Source: a virus
Strand: one strand, 5' to 3'
Length of the DNA stretch: 64,000 nt
IMG/VR virus record: IMGVR_UViG_3300042520_002054
Location: 1 to 64,000 of that record
Shown: in pieces, positions 19,848 through 29,386 of the stretch
Position numbering within the stretch: position 1 is the stretch's first letter
Layout: each line of letters opens with the position of its first letter
Position numbers and translations under genes: made by a program
Notes under the pieces: model-generated
The model's input: only the letters and a program-made list of their open reading frames with translations
The model's database searches: none
Told to the model about the DNA's origin: nothing

Positions 19848-22565
19848 TCAATCTTTTTTGTCGTAGCGATTTTTGTTAGTGCGGGCAACTTCTACTTGCT
19901 TTTGAGCAATCTCTTTGCGTGCTTGAAGTTCTTGTCTTTGAAGATCAATTTTCTGTTGATCCATTGCATTTTTAGCAACAGAAGCTTCACGACGCATGTT
20001 TAGTTCTTGATCAGCGCGATCTTTTTTATCTAAATAATCTAAAGTATCTCTAAAATCAGACTGACTATTTTTATCAAGATCTACCATAGCACCGTATCCA
20101 GCTGATCTAATTTCCGCAACACGGACATCATTATCTCTTTCAAGTTGTGCTTGCTCTGCTTTAAACTGCTGTTCAGCCATCAAGCGTTTATCAAGACCTT
20201 CTTGCTTCATCTTCTCAACTTCCTGCATTTGTGCAAGTTCGTCTTGCTTAGCTTTAGTTGCTTTCTCTTCAATACCTTTCAATGTATGACTGATTTCTGC
20301 AAGAGAATCTGCTTGAACAAGTTTTCCAAGATCATAGATTGATGCCCCGGATGTATTGTTACTTAATGCAAGTTGACGGATCTGCTCCATGATTTGTTTT
20401 TGGTTGACTTTAGTTGTCACAAAAATGTTCAAATCACGAGCAAGCATTTCTGTACCACTCATTTCAAAATTCACCTTTTCATCCATACCAGTCATGTACT
20501 GAAGACGTACAGAAGGTTTATGTGAATGATAATACTGAGCAAGGTCAGTTCTCATTTGGTGAACTCTTGGCATCAAATATTCTGAATGCTGAATAAAGTA
20601 TGTCTCTGTTTGAGAGTAAGAGTTATTTACAGCTTGCTGGATACCTTGAGCAGTTTCTTGAGCATTAACAGCACCAAGACGTTGTGGTGAAATACCAATA
20701 GTTTCAAAAGCTTGTTGTTTAAAGTAATTTGCCAGTTGAATTCTAGACATTAGACGCTGCGTCTGTTCAAGATTCAACACCTGATAATGCTGGAAATTAA
20801 GTGCATTTTCAGTATTTGTTATTGAAGTATCCAAAGGCAACATTTGGAATGACTTCATTGCTACATATGCTTTAGCAAAGTTATTCTGTCCCCAGTCTTC
20901 ACCCATTGACTGACGCGGTAAAGCGTTTTGGTCCAGCATGATTACTGTACCCAATTCATCAATCAATATGTCAGCAATCTGGTTATTGACAAGATTATAA
21001 CCAATTTGAAAAGGTTTCATCTTGTCTACAAGAGCTACCGATCTTGTATTACGATCAGAGAATACAGAACCTTCTACTGGTAGTTTACAACCATAAGGAG
21101 TAAAATCACCCTTGAATTGGAAACGTACAGGTTTGACATTCAAATAAATAGGAGCTAGTCCCGTTGCATCCGCATTACCGTAGAAAGTATGTCGGTTTGG
21201 TCCTATCTTAAGTCCACCCCAAACTTCATTAATCCATATCCATTCTACATGTTCACCATAGATAAGATTATCTGCAGTCTTTCTTTTAATAACCGATGTG
21301 TCATAAATCGGTTTATTAGTTACTTTGAAGTTCTCATCAACAATCATTCTGATCTCGCTTCCGTCATCTTCAATACGTGTAAGATAACCAAGCATTCTCT
21401 GAGACTTCCAATATACTGTTGTAACTCTAAGTAAATTAGTTGTACCGTAATCATAAAGGTCTTCTGATTCTTCTAGGATTTGCGTAATAACATCGTCTCC
21501 CTGACCCAGGAATCTGTCATTTACACTAACAAATTGTCTGTATCCTAAAGATGGACCTTCTGTATTCCATTTATGAGATCTAGTAGCATCGTAAAAAGTA
21601 CCGTCATTCTGATATCCTGAAATAGCATATCCTGCAGCTTTTACAGGATAAATAGCTTCTAGAGAACGAAGTTGCTCTTCTGTCATCATATAACCATACT
21701 TGTCAATGATATCAGAAGGACTCATTAAGTCAACTTTACCAGCCCAGTTACCTTGTGAGATGTAACGTACTTCTGGAGACTTGTGATAAAAAGTCAACAC
21801 AGGATTCCACAATTCAATCTCGTAGTCATCCTCATTCATCTTGAAATGCCAGAATTCTCTGTCAGTAATCAGCATATCTTTAAATGCCATGTTTTCAAGT
21901 TCTTTTAACTTGAAACGCTCTTCATCTACAAGATGTTGGTGCATTGCCCACTGCTCAATCATAGAGCGGTAATCCTTTTTAAAATATGCTTCAATTTCAG
22001 GAAGCGACTTAAGATTCTCAGGATTTAATGCTTGCTGTGCTTCTTCTGAATCCATCTGCATACCTTGCGCCATCAACATCTCCATCATCTTAGCTTCAGC
22101 ATGCGCTAAAAGATATTGCTCTACCATAAGACGTTTTTCTTCAAGCATCTCATTGTAGGATATCTCATCTACAGCACGGTACATTATACGGTCATTGCGT
22201 TTAGCAAACTCACCGGATAATACATTAATTACGTTAGGGATAATTGGGAAAAACTTTAACTCTAATGCAGAGTCATCAGTCTTTGTCAGAATATTGATAA
22301 GGTCAGCTTGCTCGTTATCTTCCTCAATAATGTAATCTGTTTTGTCAATTACACCATTAGCAAGCTTATAGTTTTTAAGAAGTTTTCTGGCGTTTCTGCG
22401 TATTTGCTTCAGTCCCTGCATTTCATACCAGTCCATATTCCACGCACCCCATTCCTCAGTTTTCTCTTTGGTAGGTAAAAATTGGATAGGTTGAGTAATT
22501 GTACCCAACCGATTATACTCAGCTTTTGCGCCGTTTTTTATCTGTAATGCATTAAATATTTGCAT
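19848..22565 (-). CDS. Portal protein
   Basis: 905 aa; FFPIIPNVINVLSGE, WIWINEVWGG, LVDKMKPFQIGYN, GISPQRLG motifs; C-terminal coiled coil; follows the terminase. Confidence 0.9.
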   Translation of the reverse strand: MQIFNALQIKNGAKAEYNRLGTITQPIQFLPTKEKTEEWGAWNMDWYEMQGLKQIRRNARKLLKNYKLANGVIDKTDYIIEEDNEQADLINILTKTDDSALELKFFPIIPNVINVLSGEFAKRNDRIMYRAVDEISYNEMLEEKRLMVEQYLLAHAEAKMMEMLMAQGMQMDSEEAQQALNPENLKSLPEIEAYFKKDYRSMIEQWAMHQHLVDEERFKLKELENMAFKDMLITDREFWHFKMNEDDYEIELWNPVLTFYHKSPEVRYISQGNWAGKVDLMSPSDIIDKYGYMMTEEQLRSLEAIYPVKAAGYAISGYQNDGTFYDATRSHKWNTEGPSLGYRQFVSVNDRFLGQGDDVITQILEESEDLYDYGTTNLLRVTTVYWKSQRMLGYLTRIEDDGSEIRMIVDENFKVTNKPIYDTSVIKRKTADNLIYGEHVEWIWINEVWGGLKIGPNRHTFYGNADATGLAPIYLNVKPVRFQFKGDFTPYGCKLPVEGSVFSDRNTRSVALVDKMKPFQIGYNLVNNQIADILIDELGTVIMLDQNALPRQSMGEDWGQNNFAKAYVAMKSFQMLPLDTSITNTENALNFQHYQVLNLEQTQRLMSRIQLANYFKQQAFETIGISPQRLGAVNAQETAQGIQQAVNNSYSQTETYFIQHSEYLMPRVHQMRTDLAQYYHSHKPSVRLQYMTGMDEKVNFEMSGTEMLARDLNIFVTTKVNQKQIMEQIRQLALSNNTSGASIYDLGKLVQADSLAEISHTLKGIEEKATKAKQDELAQMQEVEKMKQEGLDKRLMAEQQFKAEQAQLERDNDVRVAEIRSAGYGAMVDLDKNSQSDFRDTLDYLDKKDRADQELNMRREASVAKNAMDQQKIDLQRQELQARKEIAQKQVEVARTNKNRYDKKD

Positions 22566-22586
22566 CTTTCATAGGATTAATGTCTA

Positions 22587-24794
22587 TTATCGAAAGTTCT
22601 TAAACGGGTTCCTAGGCTTTCCTGAACTAATACTTACGTTTTTGGAACCTCCAATATGCCTAAAGGGACTCATTTTTAAGTTACTAATTTTAGGTGAGTT
22701 CTCCAAATTAGCATTTTCATATTCCGTCTTTCTGGCGTACCCCCGATTAGAATGCTGAATTTTGGAAAAAGCAACTAATGCCGCAAAGCTTACCAGACGG
22801 TCAACGTTAAGTCCATCACGGTATGCTTGCATTTCTTTTAACAACATGGGATCTGGTATTCTTTCTACCCCATATACTGTTTTTACAATTTCACCATCGC
22901 TCTTGGTCACGTGATCAAGTTCCTCTGTTAGAAACGAAACAGCATAACTAAGCAAGTGTGTTTTAAAAATAGAACCTACGTTTCTCCAACCGTATTCTTG
23001 AAAGACATTTGTGTTAGCTCCAAGGTCTTTAAGAAACAATATTTGATTTTTAGGTACCAGGTATCGTTGTTTTTTTCTAGCAATCATGTGTTGAATAAAC
23101 AATGAAATGTTATTCTCGACAATTGTCCACGCATTATACCACTCAATTATTAGTTCAAGACGTTCGTGTGTTTTATTAAGGTCATCAAAACGACCGCACC
23201 ATACAGCTACTATCTTGTCTTTTTCTATATGACTTTCTACACTTCCGTCGTTTTTCTTTTTTGTAATTTCAACCGGTGTCTTGTAAACTACAATTGAGCA
23301 TAATGAATCTGATGTTGTTGTTTTACCTTCAGACACCGGGTCAACAGAAGCGTAGTACATACCAAATGTAGGTTCTGCTACAGGTCTTTCGTAAACGACT
23401 ATTGTACCCTCTTTGTCAGTAGTTTTAGGAGATATAGGAAACTCTGAAATAGGAAGCTTCTTTGATTCTCTAGCTGCAACTTTACCATTCTCATCACGAT
23501 ACAGATCTACATATTCTGTATAATATTCACGATCTTCAATTCTTCTTAACTGCGCACTGACAAGATGCAACGGAAACATTGATACTTTTCTATTAGCAAA
23601 AGCTTCTTCAATGTTAATCGGTTTCTGAGAAATACGAAGTTGGTAGTCTTGCGATTTAAGTTTTTTCTTCCAGTCAATTCTTTCTTCAAGAATCATCTGT
23701 AAAGCTTCTTCAACCAAAGAATTACCGTATTCATCAATACAAGGTAGCATTGACCATTGTTCAGGTATAAATAAACCACATTCAGCGTATTCACCATGTT
23801 CATTAAGAAGATTTGTACCTACAGCAAGAATATCTTTTGAGTCTGGTTGCAAAATCATTTCTTTCAGTGGTTCACACTGATCAAGGTCACCCACAGAACC
23901 AGCTGCAACAAACATACCTGTGTATATCATACCAGACTTTAATGCCGGTAGAAGATACTCAATAGTCTTATCCATGTTCGGTGCAATACCTGCTTCCTCA
24001 TGAAAGAACAGATTACAAGGACCACCGACACCATTTGTAGGATCTTTATCTAGAGATAAACCTATAATTACAGAATTTAAACCTACGTCTTTTTTTCTTC
24101 CTCCAGCATTTACTTCAATTTTCTGCTGCCAGTTAAGAATCTTATCGGGATTACAAGGTCTGTACCAAGCGGTATGCTGATTAAGAAAGTTTCTGTATTC
24201 TTCCATAAATCTCCATGTACCCTTCTCATTGATATAATCTTTTAAAGACCCTGCCATTTTATTAATAGAACCTTCTTCAAACCAGAAGTTATTAATCATT
24301 TTTGCAGCATGGTAGTATGAAGACGCAATCTGACGTTTCTTTAGAATTGCAACATGTTTGTAACTATACTTAGCAATATCTTCATACAATGCCATATGAT
24401 ACTGCGCATCCCTTACATCTGGGAAAGTAAACTTACCTTGCTCCTTGTTGTAGATGGGTAGAAAGTTTAACCACATGTAGTAGTCTCTTGTCAGATACCA
24501 TGTCTTTCCAAGAGGACTTTTAAATATTACACCCTTTCTACATTTCTCTTTTTCAAAGTTCCAATAATCTATAAAGTCTTTGCTTCTAAAAGGTGCAGCG
24601 CAGTAAATACGCTTTTCATTAAAATATTTAGCTTGATTATTAAATAACCTGGATGTTTCATCGAAACCATACTGACCCGGTTCCTTAAAAATGGATTTAA
24701 GAAACTCTACAAACTGTTCTCTTGTGGCATATGTAGTTATAGTCCATTCGCCAACAGCTGCATCATACGTGGGTATTTGTATGAAATTCTCCAA
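22587..24794 (-). CDS. terL: Terminase large subunit
   Basis: LKKRQIASSY Walker A variant, FFHEEAG Walker B, nuclease motifs ASVDPV, IVENN and NVDRLVS. Confidence 0.9.
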   Translation of the reverse strand: MENFIQIPTYDAAVGEWTITTYATREQFVEFLKSIFKEPGQYGFDETSRLFNNQAKYFNEKRIYCAAPFRSKDFIDYWNFEKEKCRKGVIFKSPLGKTWYLTRDYYMWLNFLPIYNKEQGKFTFPDVRDAQYHMALYEDIAKYSYKHVAILKKRQIASSYYHAAKMINNFWFEEGSINKMAGSLKDYINEKGTWRFMEEYRNFLNQHTAWYRPCNPDKILNWQQKIEVNAGGRKKDVGLNSVIIGLSLDKDPTNGVGGPCNLFFHEEAGIAPNMDKTIEYLLPALKSGMIYTGMFVAAGSVGDLDQCEPLKEMILQPDSKDILAVGTNLLNEHGEYAECGLFIPEQWSMLPCIDEYGNSLVEEALQMILEERIDWKKKLKSQDYQLRISQKPINIEEAFANRKVSMFPLHLVSAQLRRIEDREYYTEYVDLYRDENGKVAARESKKLPISEFPISPKTTDKEGTIVVYERPVAEPTFGMYYASVDPVSEGKTTTSDSLCSIVVYKTPVEITKKKNDGSVESHIEKDKIVAVWCGRFDDLNKTHERLELIIEWYNAWTIVENNISLFIQHMIARKKQRYLVPKNQILFLKDLGANTNVFQEYGWRNVGSIFKTHLLSYAVSFLTEELDHVTKSDGEIVKTVYGVERIPDPMLLKEMQAYRDGLNVDRLVSFAALVAFSKIQHSNRGYARKTEYENANLENSPKISNLKMSPFRHIGGSKNVSISSGKPRNPFKNFR

Positions 24795-24796
24795 TG

Positions 24797-25255
24797 TTAT
24801 TCTGTTACAGCTAAATCAATTACACTTTCTATAGTATTGGGATCACCGTTTGATGTATTGATTACATAAATTAGAGTGTTTATATCTCTTGACTTTACAA
24901 TTGGATATTTTGTTTCACCACCACTCCAATAGTTTGTATAATCTTCACGATGAATAATACACCAAAGACCTGTGTATGGATTCAAATGGAAAACCCAATT
25001 GTAGAATCCTTCGTTCACCTCTTTCATATCATTATTCTTTAAATCTTTATAGAAACTATAAAACCATACACCAGCGTTATAAAAAAACCCGGGTATGATT
25101 TCTAGATTTGTTTTTGCGTACATCTTAAAAGAAATCTCACAGAATAACCAACCAAGTTTATCTGTAAAATAATTTCTGATTTTAAACAAATAGGTCATCA
25201 TGAGGATGTCTTTTATTTTTATTAATTGATCTGCGCAATAAAATATAAGCACCAA
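24797..25255 (-). CDS. Hypothetical protein (true start probably internal)
   Basis: ORF track; 5' part overlaps the neighbouring ORF. Confidence 0.5.
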   Translation of the reverse strand: MVLIFYCADQLIKIKDILMMTYLFKIRNYFTDKLGWLFCEISFKMYAKTNLEIIPGFFYNAGVWFYSFYKDLKNNDMKEVNEGFYNWVFHLNPYTGLWCIIHREDYTNYWSGGETKYPIVKSRDINTLIYVINTSNGDPNTIESVIDLAVTE

Positions 25256-25418
25256 AAAATAGTCCCGATACGCAGTAAAAAATTAAATCCGTAATCCAAT
25301 AGGAATTTGTCAAGTCCATTACTAGCTTGAATAAAGCGTCGAATCCAAATGGATTGAAAAACATAGCGATCATAAGTACTACTGTCGCCAACTTCTGTTT
25401 GTCTACTGTCACCTTCAT
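25182..25418 (-). CDS. Small two-TM membrane protein (holin candidate)
   Basis: Two hydrophobic segments and a basic C-terminus. Confidence 0.45.
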   Translation of the reverse strand: MKVTVDKQKLATVVLMIAMFFNPFGFDALFKLVMDLTNSYWITDLIFYCVSGLFFGAYILLRRSINKNKRHPHDDLFV

Positions 25419-25445
25419 TACTCATATTTATTGGGTTTCGTTATA

Positions 25446-25958
25446 CTATTGGTCATATGCAAGTTGTTGACCACCTCTTGCAGTACCTTTCTGTTCTTCC
25501 ATAAGATCTTTATATGCTCCTTTGAATGACATACGAATCTGCTCAAACTTTGCTGCTGCATTTACAAGAGAGTTGATATTACCATCACGACCATGCTCAA
25601 TAGGTGTATTCTCCATATATCGAGCAAGTCTATCAAGCATTTGCTTTATACCCATGTATGCGCGATACGTAGGTGTCTCGTAAAGCTTTTCACAAAATTT
25701 TAATGCATCTCTAATTGTAGTATCTTCTGTAGAAAATTCAGCATTGACTTCACGTAAAATCAATTCTTCTTTATCATTTTCGACAATATCAAAAAAAGGA
25801 TTTAGTTCTGGATTAGGACACGTCATATAAAACACATACGCATATACTGACAAATAATCTTCAGGATATTCGTCAAATATTTTCTTTAGAGTTTCCAATA
25901 CAAAGCAATGCTCTGTGGGAACTACTGTACCATTCTGAACATCAAACAGCTTGACCAT
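25446..25958 (-). CDS. Conserved crAss-like protein upstream of the terminase (small-terminase candidate)
   Basis: 170 aa helical protein with C-terminal RGG; synteny. Confidence 0.45.
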   Translation of the reverse strand: MVKLFDVQNGTVVPTEHCFVLETLKKIFDEYPEDYLSVYAYVFYMTCPNPELNPFFDIVENDKEELILREVNAEFSTEDTTIRDALKFCEKLYETPTYRAYMGIKQMLDRLARYMENTPIEHGRDGNINSLVNAAAKFEQIRMSFKGAYKDLMEEQKGTARGGQQLAYDQ

Positions 25959-26799
25959 ACTTCTTCATTAAAAGTTTTTCTTTATTTTCCTGGTAGTGTT
26001 TCAATAAACTTACCACCTCATCTTTCAAATAAGGTAGCCGATAAATAACAACTTCCTTTACTTTAGGATAACCCTTTTCATCATAAATAACAAGAGGAAA
26101 TCCATTTTCATCTTTTTCATCACGCTCTTCAAAAAGAATATGATGAATTGTCAAATCACCCGCTTGCAATTTGGGATTATGCTTTAGTACAATATACATG
26201 TACAAAGAAAGTTGCAGGTTGTAATGATTAAGATTACAATCATCCAAATGTGAAACAGGGTATTCCATTTTTTGTGAAATACCCTCCCAGTTTCTGTAGC
26301 TTTCTTTTTTAATCTCTTTGTTTGTTTTGTAATCCGTGATATATACTTTTCCATTCGCAACTTCTACCAAATCACTTTGACCACATATACCTGCTGATTT
26401 TAAATAAACCATATGCTCAGGATAAATACCACCTGTAAGTTTTTGTTCGGGAGCAACCTTGTAACCGTTTGCATCTACAATAGGTGCATAAATTGGCAGC
26501 TCTGTATTATATCTAACAATAGTATTACAACCTAAAAGATCATCTTCTCTTTGTTTGTGATACCAGTTTCCTAGTCCTGTTGCTCTGTCAGCTTCTTTTT
26601 TCCAAATAGCTCGAATGTCTTCAGGACGCATACCATACCATTTACTTTTAGAATTTCTGGAAGATTTTTCAGAAATAGTTTTAGGGTCAAATGGTTGTTT
26701 GTAAAAACTTAAAAGTGTTGTAGCACTTACCCACTTTACAGATTCAGACTTATCTATTGAGTGATAAGAATGATCTGATTCGTTAAAATATATTTCCAT
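25942..26799 (-). CDS. PD-(D/E)XK exonuclease
   Basis: GQSDLV...ITDYKTNK...YNLQLSLY motifs. Confidence 0.85.
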   Translation of the reverse strand: MEIYFNESDHSYHSIDKSESVKWVSATTLLSFYKQPFDPKTISEKSSRNSKSKWYGMRPEDIRAIWKKEADRATGLGNWYHKQREDDLLGCNTIVRYNTELPIYAPIVDANGYKVAPEQKLTGGIYPEHMVYLKSAGICGQSDLVEVANGKVYITDYKTNKEIKKESYRNWEGISQKMEYPVSHLDDCNLNHYNLQLSLYMYIVLKHNPKLQAGDLTIHHILFEERDEKDENGFPLVIYDEKGYPKVKEVVIYRLPYLKDEVVSLLKHYQENKEKLLMKKYGQAV

Positions 26800-26811
26800 A
26801 GGTCATTGGTT

Positions 26812-27123
26812 TTACATTCCTAATTTTTGCTCAAGCTTTTGAGCCTCTTCTTCAGTGAGTTCACTAGACCACTTAGATGCAGGACAACTGCTTGCTAAAC
26901 TTCTGGTTTTAAAAAATAATTTGCATCCGCAAAGACTGCAACAAGGTTGCGTACCAGCAACTAAGCACTTGTCACCTTTGTTATCAATATGCTCGCATCC
27001 ATTGCAAATACTCATACGTTCTTTTGCAATAGCTTCGACATCCTCTTTGGTAAATATTGAGTTCTTGATACCCTCAATAATTTCACCCTTGCTTTTCCAA
27101 ATTCGAATTATGCTGTTCATAGT
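26812..27123 (-). CDS. Cys-rich Zn-binding protein
   Basis: RMSICNGCEH...CSLCGC...KT......CP..KW; start taken near MNSIIRIW. Confidence 0.6.
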   Translation of the reverse strand, partial: TMNSIIRIWKSKGEIIEGIKNSIFTKEDVEAIAKERMSICNGCEHIDNKGDKCLVAGTQPCCSLCGCKLFFKTRSLASSCPASKWSSELTEEEAQKLEQKLGM

Positions 27124-27484
27124 TTTTTCTTTGGTTTTTGATTTCAGCTTTTTCAGTTTCAAGTGTAGCAACTTTTTCTTTTAAGTCTAAAAGTTTATCA
27201 AGCTGATCGTACTTGTCTTTTAGAATGCTGTATTGCTGTAATGTTTTTGGTGCACCGATTGTTTCGATCAACCTCTGTAGTCTTGCTATTTTATTTTCCA
27301 AAGACCAAGGTTTTACAACAAATGTTCCCAGATTTGGAACTTGTATGTGTGTATGTGTGACTTGCGACATTTGATTATGCACATACTTCCAATATTGCAC
27401 TATTACAGAATCAACAATTTCTTCGCTTACATTAAGCTTCTGTGCTGTCTTCTTTACTATTTGGTTTCTCTTGGTTGGTCTCAA
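27083..27484 (-). CDS. HU/IHF-like DNA-binding protein
   Basis: IVKKTAQKLNVS...IQVPNLGTFVVK. Confidence 0.7.
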   Translation of the reverse strand: MRPTKRNQIVKKTAQKLNVSEEIVDSVIVQYWKYVHNQMSQVTHTHIQVPNLGTFVVKPWSLENKIARLQRLIETIGAPKTLQQYSILKDKYDQLDKLLDLKEKVATLETEKAEIKNQRKNYEQHNSNLEKQG

Positions 27485-27854
27485 CTGCTAAAAAATTATA
27501 GTTTAGTAAAATGTTTCCTTTTTTTGCAACATTTAATCCATCAATAAGTCTAATTACTTTCTTACCCTTACGTGATTTAATCACATAACCTCTCTTTTCA
27601 AGACTTACCATTCTGTTTCTTACGTTCTGTGAACGTACTTCTGGTTTTTCTGTATGCTTATATACAATACCTGCAGCACGATCACAGAACAAACGCAGTT
27701 CAATTGGACCCCATAAACCTAATAGTGTCAGCAGTTCCAAATCACTAGAAACAATGCTCTCTTTTTTAAAGAACATTACTTCTGTAATGATTTGGTACTT
27801 TACCAGATCGTAGTGATCTAGTCTTACCTTTTTTGTTATTTTGTTTACTTCCAT
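27432..27854 (-). CDS. Winged-HTH-like DNA-binding protein
   Basis: SQNVRNRMVSLEKRGYVIK pattern. Confidence 0.5.
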   Translation of the reverse strand: MEVNKITKKVRLDHYDLVKYQIITEVMFFKKESIVSSDLELLTLLGLWGPIELRLFCDRAAGIVYKHTEKPEVRSQNVRNRMVSLEKRGYVIKSRKGKKVIRLIDGLNVAKKGNILLNYNFLAVETNQEKPNSKEDSTEA

Positions 27855-27873
27855 TTTGGTTTTATTTCTTAAT

Positions 27874-27995
27874 AATGTCAGTGAGCGAGTTTCACGCTCA
27901 TCTCCTATAATCCAGTTATATCTGCGGATACAACTGTAACCCTTGCCACCTAAGGGATAGGCGTGCTTTTTTTACGCTTGCACCAACACGACATT
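27874..27995 (-). ncRNA. tRNA-like structured RNA with a branched arm replacing the anticodon loop
   Basis: AATGTCG/TGACATT closing stem, GTGC/GCAC arm, CCTAT/ATAGG stem enclosing two hairpins, and a GAGCG-TGAAACT-CGCTC T-like arm. Confidence 0.55.
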
Positions 27996-28006
27996 GACTA
28001 TGTTTA

Positions 28007-28305
28007 CTGATTTTTCATAAGGTGGGAGTCCTGACTACCCACAAGTCTAACGCATGTCCCTTTTCACCCATAATCCAAGTAGATGATCAGTCTACCTGTA
28101 ATGATTAGCTGGATTGACTACCAGCACCTGCTGCGGAGATCAGTATGTATATTCTTCGCAGGACCCCAGAGCTTATTGGTTACGCTACCTTTAAGTTGAG
28201 TGGTTTTATCCTCCATGCCTGACAACGTGCGTCCCAGTGCTTTGCAGAACGGTAACACTACATTAACCCCTCTCAAGAGTTTGTTCAGTCACAAATGAAA
28301 ATCAG
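28007..28305 (-). ncRNA. About 300-nt multi-hairpin ncRNA candidate
   Basis: No ORF of 60 aa or more, GC-richer than flanks, terminal stem CTGATTTTCAT/ATGAAAAATCAG, at least four internal hairpins; directly downstream of tRNA-Met. Confidence 0.55.
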
Positions 28306-28325
28306 ATTTCTCAAAGAACGATTTG

Positions 28326-28400
28326 TTGCGGGGGTGAGATTCGAACTCACGTAGTTTGGCTTATGAGACCAAGCTGGAACCAACTCCAGTCTACCCCGCC
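28326..28400 (-). tRNA. tRNA-Met (CAT), possibly initiator-like
   Basis: GGCGGGG...TTGGT-CTCATAA-GCCAA...GTGAG-TTCGAAT-CTCAC-CCCCGCA-A; 1:72 mismatch; CCA not encoded. Confidence 0.9.
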
Positions 28401-28405
28401 TTTAG

Positions 28406-28681
28406 TTACCAGACAATTGCAATGTCTCTTTCAGCAATCATCAAACGTGTTTCACCTTCTACTTCAATAATCTCAGTATTTTGAAGAATAATTGCAGGGA
28501 TATACACTTTGTCACCTGGTTTTACCAGTGACACTTCTTCTCCAACAGCATACACTTCAAGAGCTGTCCACTGCTTCATCATGTCTTTCTCAAGCTGAGC
28601 CTCTCCTTCAGGAGTTAATACGATCTTAGAGTCCGGTTTTACCGGTTTTTTCAAAAGAATTCTTGTTCCTACTAGTTTCAT
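28406..28681 (-). CDS. groES: GroES/Cpn10-like co-chaperonin
   Basis: MKLVGTRILLK...EVYAVGEEVSLVKPGDKV...LMIAERDIAIV. Confidence 0.85.
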   Translation of the reverse strand: MKLVGTRILLKKPVKPDSKIVLTPEGEAQLEKDMMKQWTALEVYAVGEEVSLVKPGDKVYIPAIILQNTEIIEVEGETRLMIAERDIAIVW

Positions 28682-28706
28682 AATTTATTGGTTTATAATT
28701 GTTTAG

Positions 28707-28780
28707 AGCCACCAGTAGGAATCGAACCCACAACCTACTGAGTACAAATCAGTTGCTCTACCAGATTGAGCTATGGTGGC
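28707..28780 (-). tRNA. tRNA-Thr (TGT)
   Basis: GCCACCA-TAGCTCAATCTGGTAGAGC-A-ACTGA-TTTGTAC-TCAGT...GTGGG-TTCGATT-CCTAC-TGGTGGC-T. Confidence 0.95.
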
Positions 28781-28785
28781 AAGAC

Positions 28786-28914
28786 CTAATCAGTTTTCTT
28801 TCTTTGTTGGTTTTTCTTGTTAGAAAACTTTTCAAAACCACGGTTATCGTAGTTCCTTTCCTCGATGTCTTCAATCCAACGGTTTCGCTTAGGTCCTCCT
28901 CGTTCTTTTCTCAT
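28786..28914 (-). CDS. 42-aa highly charged microprotein (not in ORF track)
   Basis: MRKERGGPKRNRWIEDIEERNYDNRGFEKFSNKKNQQRKKTD*; fills the gap upstream of tRNA-Thr. Confidence 0.45.
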   Translation of the reverse strand: MRKERGGPKRNRWIEDIEERNYDNRGFEKFSNKKNQQRKKTD

Positions 28915-29013
28915 ACTGTTTCAACTTTGTTAATGGATAAACCCCCCGCAATCAAGCGGAGGGCTTATACCATAGGTTTTCACAGGTATTGGATTTCACT
29001 TTTACACTTGCAC

Positions 29014-29292
29014 TTAACGGTCGCGTTTCAGAGTTCTTCCACCTCTCGACGCTGGTTCTTCATTAGGAGTAATATCATCATCCGTTTCACCTTCATCCTG
29101 TGAAGCCTGAATAGCATTCATAGTCATCACCGCATTCAAACGCTGTGCGTCAGCAATAGCTGTCTTACTATTCAGATCAGCTAACTGGTAACGCAAACTT
29201 GCAAGTTCAATCTGCGACTTATACCATGCTATAATTTCATCTCTTGTGGGTTCTTTGGGAACCTCTTGTTCAATATTTTCTTTTGTATCCAT
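29014..29292 (-). CDS. Hypothetical coiled-coil protein, first gene of the minus-strand block
   Basis: 92 aa ORF with AAACCAACAAGAAT leader. Confidence 0.7.
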   Translation of the reverse strand: MDTKENIEQEVPKEPTRDEIIAWYKSQIELASLRYQLADLNSKTAIADAQRLNAVMTMNAIQASQDEGETDDDITPNEEPASRGGRTLKRDR

Positions 29293-29342
29293 ATTCTTGT
29301 TGGTTTAAGGTCTACAATACAAATATACTTAGAAAGTTTAAA

Positions 29343-29371
29343 TTCTACAAATTTATTAGTATTTTTGTAGA
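29343..29371. promoter_or_regulatory. Back-to-back Bacteroidota-type promoters
   Basis: Minus strand TAAATTTGTAGAA (29343-29355) and plus strand TATTTTTGTAGA (29360-29371) at the strand switch. Confidence 0.65.
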
Positions 29372-29386
29372 GGTAGGGTTAAACTT

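Noticed and set aside
19848-24794. Introns or inteins in terminase and portal
   Set aside because: Both ORFs are continuous, of expected size, and show no intein or homing-endonuclease motifs.
28699-29103. 134-aa plus-strand ORF
   Set aside because: Antisense to tRNA-Thr and to minus-strand genes; spurious.
29340-29372. AATTCTACAA...TTGTAGA resembles a Cas12a CRISPR repeat
   Set aside because: Copies are dispersed, with no repeat-spacer periodicity and no cas gene; better explained as promoter/operator sites.
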